Source of the DNA: Candidatus Latescibacterota bacterium
GTDB lineage: Bacteria; Latescibacterota; CBDEFO01
NCBI GenBank assembly: GCA_965237525.1
Contig: CBDEFO010000003.1
Coordinates: 160,001 to 224,000 of the forward strand
Direction of reading: 5' to 3'
DNA length: 64,000 nt
Part shown: positions 58,915 through 64,000 of the stretch, in pieces
Layout: the number at the start of each line of letters is the position of its first letter
Numbering within the stretch: position 1 is the first letter of the stretch
Made by a program: the position numbers and the translations under genes
Notes under the pieces: generated by a model
What the model was told of the DNA's origin: nothing
Databases searched by the model: none
The model's input: only the letters and a program-made list of their open reading frames with translations

Positions 58915-60675
58915 ATGATAAAGATAAAGAACATCACTCTTGAGCTAGGCGGAAGGAACGTCCTTTCGGAGATCAATCTTTGTATATATCCCGGAGAATC
59001 CATAGCCATAATCGGATCTAACGGTTCGGGAAAGACTACCCTTGCCCGGTGCATCAACGGTCTTTTGATCCCGAAGATCGGGGAGGTAACGGTGGAGGGC
59101 GTGCCCACTTCTGATCAGAATAATATCTGGGAGATCAGGCGCAGGGTGGGAATGATTTTCCAAACCCCCGATGACCAGATAGTCTCCACAACGGTCGAAA
59201 GAGAGATAGCGTTCGGACTCGAAAATCTGGGAATCGAGCTCAAACGAATGGTCGAAATAGTAGAGGATACCCTGGAGAGGTTCCATCTTGGAGAATATCG
59301 CCATCATCCGCCGCATCGGCTATCAGGAGGAGAAAAGCAGCGCCTATCTATAGCGTCTGTTCTGGCTATGAGTCCCGATTATCTGATTTTGGACGAGCCG
59401 ACATCCCTCTTAGATCCGGATGGACAAAGCCAGGTACGGGGGATCCTTAACGACATTCGGAAAGAAGGAGAGATAGCGACGATCCTGATCACTCAGTTCC
59501 CCGAAGAAGCCGCCGAAGCCGATCGTCTGATAGTCCTCGAATCTGGCAGGATTAGGATGGATGGTCCCCCACAACAGGTATTTGGGGAGTCGGAACTCTT
59601 GGAAACCTTGGGGCTTGAAGCCCCTTTTCCCTTTCGATTGGCGTCAGCCCTCAGAAGCGGGGGGATTACGCTGGATGGTTCTCCTTTCAGGTCTTCGGAT
59701 ATAGTAGGGCAACTCGTACACCTGTATAAGCCCTTATTGACATCCTCTGATATGACACCTGCTACATCACGGATGGGACGTTCCACGTGCCGCTCCCTGG
59801 GAAGGGAAAACGATCATCTGACGAAACTATCTGCTGAAGGTGTATCTTATATCTATGACATGGGTCTGCCCACCCAGAGAAATGCCCTCTCTAATGCGAC
59901 TATCCACGTCAGAAGATCGGATTTTATGGCGCTGGTGGGACCTAACGGCTCGGGTAAGACGACGCTCGTTCAACACTTCAACGGTCTCGTAAAGCCCACA
60001 TCGGGGCGCATCCTTCTGGACGGAGTAGACATCTGGTCTCTCGGAAGCGATCTTTCCAAAATCCGCCAAAGGATCGGCCTGGTCTTCCAGTTTCCCGAAC
60101 TTCAGCTCTTCGATAAGACGATCTTTGACGATGTGGCTTTTGGCCCCAGAAATCTGGAATGGAACGAAAAGAAGGTAAAGGAGAATGTCCACAGCGCCCT
60201 TGAGGCTGTAGATTTAGTCTCTGCAAACTACTTGGACAGGTCCCCTTTATCGTTGAGCGATGGGGAAAAGCGCAGAGTCGCCATTGCGGGGATCTTAGCA
60301 ATGTCCCCTGAAGTTCTGATTTTGGATGAACCGACTGCCGGTTTAGATCCTAAGGGTGCTAAAAAGATAATTTCCATATTGAAAGAGTTTAACAGCTCTG
60401 GAGGAACCGTTTTGATCATCTCTCACAACTTTGATCTTATAGCTGAGACTGCCGTAGGGATTGTGGTTTTGGACAGTGGGGAGGTTAAGATGGAGGGAGG
60501 TACGTCTGACATACTCTCGCGCTGTGACGAACTTTATGCGCTTGGACTCAGACCGCCAGAATCCGTACAGATATTGACGAGCCTTAGATCTTCAGGATGG
60601 AACGTAAGAACCGACCTTTTGACGCTGGAAGATGCAAAGGAGGAGATCATCAGGGTCATTCTCGGGTTTTCTTAA
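58915..60675 (+). CDS. ECF transporter ATPase, fused EcfA1-EcfA2
   Basis: Two NBDs: GSNGSGKT/LSGGEKQR/DEPTS and GPNGSGKT/LSDGEKRR/DEPTAG; FQTPDDQ and FQFPELQ. Confidence 0.9.
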   Translation: MIKIKNITLELGGRNVLSEINLCIYPGESIAIIGSNGSGKTTLARCINGLLIPKIGEVTVEGVPTSDQNNIWEIRRRVGMIFQTPDDQIVSTTVEREIAFGLENLGIELKRMVEIVEDTLERFHLGEYRHHPPHRLSGGEKQRLSIASVLAMSPDYLILDEPTSLLDPDGQSQVRGILNDIRKEGEIATILITQFPEEAAEADRLIVLESGRIRMDGPPQQVFGESELLETLGLEAPFPFRLASALRSGGITLDGSPFRSSDIVGQLVHLYKPLLTSSDMTPATSRMGRSTCRSLGRENDHLTKLSAEGVSYIYDMGLPTQRNALSNATIHVRRSDFMALVGPNGSGKTTLVQHFNGLVKPTSGRILLDGVDIWSLGSDLSKIRQRIGLVFQFPELQLFDKTIFDDVAFGPRNLEWNEKKVKENVHSALEAVDLVSANYLDRSPLSLSDGEKRRVAIAGILAMSPEVLILDEPTAGLDPKGAKKIISILKEFNSSGGTVLIISHNFDLIAETAVGIVVLDSGEVKMEGGTSDILSRCDELYALGLRPPESVQILTSLRSSGWNVRTDLLTLEDAKEEIIRVILGFS

Positions 60676-61517
60676 AGCCGATAAAAACGTTCAGCGGTGC
60701 CATAAAAAAGGTTGTATTGCTCCTTATCGGAGGCTTCGGCTGTAGCCTCCTGCACGGCCCCCAGCCAGCGACCGTAGTCGGACGCTAGTGTGCAAACCGG
60801 CCAGTCGCTGCCGAACATCAGACGGTCGAAGCCGAAGGCGTCTATGACATGATCGATATAGGGCTTGAGGTCTTGCGCCGTCCACGTTTCCATATCGGCT
60901 TCGGTCACCAGGCCAGATAGCTTGCAGACTACGTTGTCTTCAGACGCTAGCTCGCGGATGCGGGTAGCCCAGGGCTCCGTAACGTATCCTTTAATGTCGG
61001 GTTTGCCGATGTGATCCAGAACAAAGGATACGTCCGGCGCCCCACGCACTAACTGGATGACTGCCGGAAGTTGATGATGTATGATACATATGTCGAAGGA
61101 GAGACCGAACTTCTCCAGGAGCCGAACGCCGTTGACAAATGCCGGACGGGCACAGAAATAGCTATCTTCCTCGCTCTGAATCAACCGTCGGACGCCTTTC
61201 AGCTTAGGATGTCTTGGCAACTGCTCTAGATACGCTTCGACTTCAGTGTCCTCAATCGGCGCCCACGCTACCACGCCCTCGATAGGAGTATCAGGGCTGT
61301 CGGCCAGAGACAAGATCCATAAAGTCTCATCACGGGAACACTCTGGAGTGGCATTGGCCTGGGCAAACACCGATTTGACTACATTCAAACCGGAGATCGC
61401 CTCCTGGTAGTCAGAGATGAAATAGCTCCGATTGATGGGAGGAACTTCATTTAGCCAGTCATATCTGAGCCTTTTAAGGTCCCAAAGATGGTGATGGGAG
61501 TCTATGATGGGCTGCAT
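60672..61517 (-). CDS. Amidohydrolase_2 family (L-fuconolactonase-like)
   Basis: IDSHHHLW, LDHIGKP, KLSGL, FGSDWPV. Confidence 0.88.
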   Translation of the reverse strand: MQPIIDSHHHLWDLKRLRYDWLNEVPPINRSYFISDYQEAISGLNVVKSVFAQANATPECSRDETLWILSLADSPDTPIEGVVAWAPIEDTEVEAYLEQLPRHPKLKGVRRLIQSEEDSYFCARPAFVNGVRLLEKFGLSFDICIIHHQLPAVIQLVRGAPDVSFVLDHIGKPDIKGYVTEPWATRIRELASEDNVVCKLSGLVTEADMETWTAQDLKPYIDHVIDAFGFDRLMFGSDWPVCTLASDYGRWLGAVQEATAEASDKEQYNLFYGTAERFYRL

Positions 61518-61646
61518 AGGTAGGTCTCCTTGTGTTTTCGATGCGCAATGATCGCATCTTTTTGCATCCTCGGCAATGGCGCAGATTCATTATCTCTCGT
61601 AAAGGGAATTCTGCGCATTTTTTAGACTCGGTTTTCTGCTGTTAGG

Positions 61647-61857
61647 TCAGCTGGTGAAAAGTTCGAATAGCTTCCCGAACTTGCTGACATCATCAGTCTT
61701 ATACATCTCCGTATATTTGCAGCGAGCGCGAGTCACCGAGAAAAGCGCCTGCCTTGCGCATCGAAGATAGCGCTCCAGAGACCGCTAACACTCGGATTTC
61801 CCCTATCTCAGAATCGGTGTTCTCACACTTTGGACACTTGAAATTCAGCTTCGTCAG
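61647..61857 (-). pseudogene. Small zinc-ribbon protein (DUF2082-like) pseudogene
   Basis: TKLNFKCPKCENTDSEIGEIR / SGLWSAIFDAQGRRFS / VTRARCKYTEMYK...FELFTS*; two frameshifts, CTG at the start position behind AAGGAG. Confidence 0.7.
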
Positions 61858-61920
61858 TTGGACTGCTCCTTTGAAATATCCATGCGGGATCGCAAAGGAA
61901 GAACGTGATAGATCGCTATC

Positions 61921-64000
61921 TCATCGTTGAGCAAGAGGATTCAACAACACCGATACATTATCGTCGGAAGAATTGGCGACAGCTATGTCATTATGCCCAT
62001 CGCCGTCTACATCCGAAATGAAAACTGAATACGGACGATTCCCTGCACCGTAGTCTACTTTGCGTGTGAATGTCCCGTCTCCACGATTCAATAACACCGA
62101 TACATTATCGCTGCCCTTATTGGCCACAACTATGTCATTATCACCATCACCATCCAAATCCGAAATGAAAACTGAATAGGGGCCATCCCCAGCAGCATAG
62201 TCCACCCTATCTGCAAATTGCCCATCTCCGTTATTCAATAGTACTGATACATTATCGCTGAAAACATTTGCCACAGCCAAGTCATTATCACCATCCCCAT
62301 CTAAATCAGCACTGAACACCGAACGGGGATCAGCTCCTGTGCTATAGTTCATCTTATCTGTAAATTGCCCATCTCCATTGTTCATCAACACCGATACACC
62401 ACTCTTGACGCTCCCTGCATTTGTTACAACTAAGTCCTTGTCGCCATCGCCATCCAAATCTGCGCCGAATACTGAGTAAGGGTCGTTACCAGCGGCATAG
62501 TCCACCTTATCTATAAATTGTCCATCTCCATTATTCAGCAGCACTGACACAGTACCGCTCTTTTTATTAGCTACAGCTATATCGTTATCCCCATCCCCGT
62601 CTAAATCGGAAATGAAAACTGACATGGGTTCATCCCCAACGGCATAGTCCACTTTATCAGCAAATTGCCCATCTCCATTATTTAGCAACACTGACACATT
62701 ATCGCTGTTCTGATTAGCTACCGCCAGGTCGTTATCTCTATCTCCATCTAAATCCGAAATGAATACTGAGTGGGGACCATCCCCAACTGCGTAGTCAGCC
62801 TTAAGATCAAAGATAGCAGGAATATGAATAAAACCAAATCCGCCAGGGAGTCTGTCTGTGGGACCATCGGGCTTAGTGGCTATCACATCCACAGTATCCG
62901 AAGGATGAGCGGGAATCTCAGCAGTGATGGTATCAAGGGGCACGGCTACGTCCCAAGCTGAGGTATCTTCGAAAACGAAAATTGCATGGAGACTATCCTC
63001 GAGGGCATGGTCAACCTGAAGCTCAGAGATAGAAGGAGTGTCAACAGAAGAAGTTCCACTGAGGAGCGTGTCTGCGAGACTATGGGGTTCTGTGGCTGTT
63101 ACATCTACGGTGTCAGAAGGATCAGCGGGAGTCTCAGCAACTATGGTATCAAGGGACACGGCTACATCAGTAACCACACTATCCTGGAAAGCAAGCGTTG
63201 CTTCACGGTGCATAGTGCTATCTGCAATGGCCTCAGGTATGCCACTTAATTCTGTGTCTTGCGCTCGATTGATCCCCGATAGACTCAATCGGCGATCGGG
63301 GGTGGGACTAACAGATGTCACAAGAGTAGCAGAGAGGTTCAAAAGCACTGACACATTATGGCTCTTTTGGTTAGCCACAGCCAAGTCGTTATCACCATCG
63401 TCATCTAGGTCCGAAATAAATACTGAATGAGGACTATCTCCAGTAACATAGATCCCCGTAAGCGCAAATTCCCCATTTCCATTATTCAACAGTACCGATA
63501 CACTATTGTTGCTATTAGCTACAGCCAGGTCATTATCCCCATCGCTATCTATATCCGAAACGAATAATGAACGGGGACTACCTCCAGCCTTATAGTCCGT
63601 TTTTGCTGCGAATTTTCCATCTCCATTATTCAGCAGTACTGACACGTTATCGCTCCTCTCATTAGCCACAGCTAAGTCATTATCGCCATCGCCATCGAAA
63701 TCCGAGATGAAAACTGATGAGGGACTACTCCCAGCATCATAGTCCACCCTATTAGCAAATGCGCCGGCTCCATTGTTCAACAAGACCGATATAGTACCTC
63801 TGATGAACCCAGCATTAGCCACAGCTAAGTCCCTGTCGCCATCTCCGTCTAAATCCGCACTGAAGAGTGATATGGGTTCAAATCCAACGCCATAGTCCAC
63901 CTTGTCTGAAAATGTTCCGTCTCCGTTGTTCAACAGCACCGATACACTGTTGCTGCCCGCATTAGGTGCGGCTAAGTCATTGTCCCCATCGCCATCCAAA
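61921..64000 (-). CDS. FG-GAP/VCBS repeat protein (partial; starts beyond window end)
   Basis: Many DLDGDGDNDLAVAN...VSVLLNNGDG repeats in two blocks separated by an acidic S/T/P linker. Confidence 0.9.
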   Translation of the reverse strand, partial: LDGDGDNDLAAPNAGSNSVSVLLNNGDGTFSDKVDYGVGFEPISLFSADLDGDGDRDLAVANAGFIRGTISVLLNNGAGAFANRVDYDAGSSPSSVFISDFDGDGDNDLAVANERSDNVSVLLNNGDGKFAAKTDYKAGGSPRSLFVSDIDSDGDNDLAVANSNNSVSVLLNNGNGEFALTGIYVTGDSPHSVFISDLDDDGDNDLAVANQKSHNVSVLLNLSATLVTSVSPTPDRRLSLSGINRAQDTELSGIPEAIADSTMHREATLAFQDSVVTDVAVSLDTIVAETPADPSDTVDVTATEPHSLADTLLSGTSSVDTPSISELQVDHALEDSLHAIFVFEDTSAWDVAVPLDTITAEIPAHPSDTVDVIATKPDGPTDRLPGGFGFIHIPAIFDLKADYAVGDGPHSVFISDLDGDRDNDLAVANQNSDNVSVLLNNGDGQFADKVDYAVGDEPMSVFISDLDGDGDNDIAVANKKSGTVSVLLNNGDGQFIDKVDYAAGNDPYSVFGADLDGDGDKDLVVTNAGSVKSGVSVLMNNGDGQFTDKMNYSTGADPRSVFSADLDGDGDNDLAVANVFSDNVSVLLNNGDGQFADRVDYAAGDGPYSVFISDLDGDGDNDIVVANKGSDNVSVLLNRGDGTFTRKVDYGAGNRPYSVFISDVDGDGHNDIAVANSSDDNVSVLLNPLAQR

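Noticed and set aside
61921..64000. Diversity-generating retroelement or nucleotide repeat array in the FG-GAP gene
   Set aside because: The repeats are protein-level with synonymous divergence; no reverse transcriptase or adenine-specific TR/VR pair.

Overview
Bacterial chromosomal window. The RNA polymerase and ribosomal proteins suggest an FCB-type candidate lineage, but this is a low-confidence inference. 1-14.6 kb (minus strand) is the core cluster tRNA-Tyr/Gly/Thr-rpmG-tRNA-Trp-secE-nusG-rplK-rplA-[decayed insert]-rplJ-rplL-rpoB-rpoC-rpsL-rpsG-fusA(5' part), with no tuf copy. It is followed by rph, a Cys-rich DnaC/IstB-like ATPase, an amidase, smpB, a hyi-like pseudogene split by an IS1182-like element, a glutaredoxin-thioredoxin reductase fusion, lutABC with two inserted genes, assorted enzymes and rpmB. 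A futalosine-pathway menaquinone cluster (ubiD-mqnE-mqnC-mqnA-deaminase-ubiA-TIR-PHP-ubiX-mqnD) lacks mqnB. The rest holds a second IS copy, two GT4 glycosyltransferases, an NHL lipoprotein, tandem ABC exporters plus a DUF1854-like gene, a lone UvrD-like helicase, a fused ECF ATPase, an amidohydrolase and an FG-GAP repeat protein. Most notable: (i) both 1519-bp IS copies carry the same in-frame TAG splitting the DDE transposase; (ii) an atypical IS (GGTT...AACC ends, 6-bp TSD) sits inside a REP hairpin; (iii) several nested short palindromic repeat families invade coding sequences, rewrite C-termini and supply stop codons; (iv) a structured leader with terminator/antiterminator lies upstream of the ABC pair; (v) RpsL and RpoB carry substitutions at streptomycin and rifampicin sites; (vi) several genes are decaying pseudogenes.
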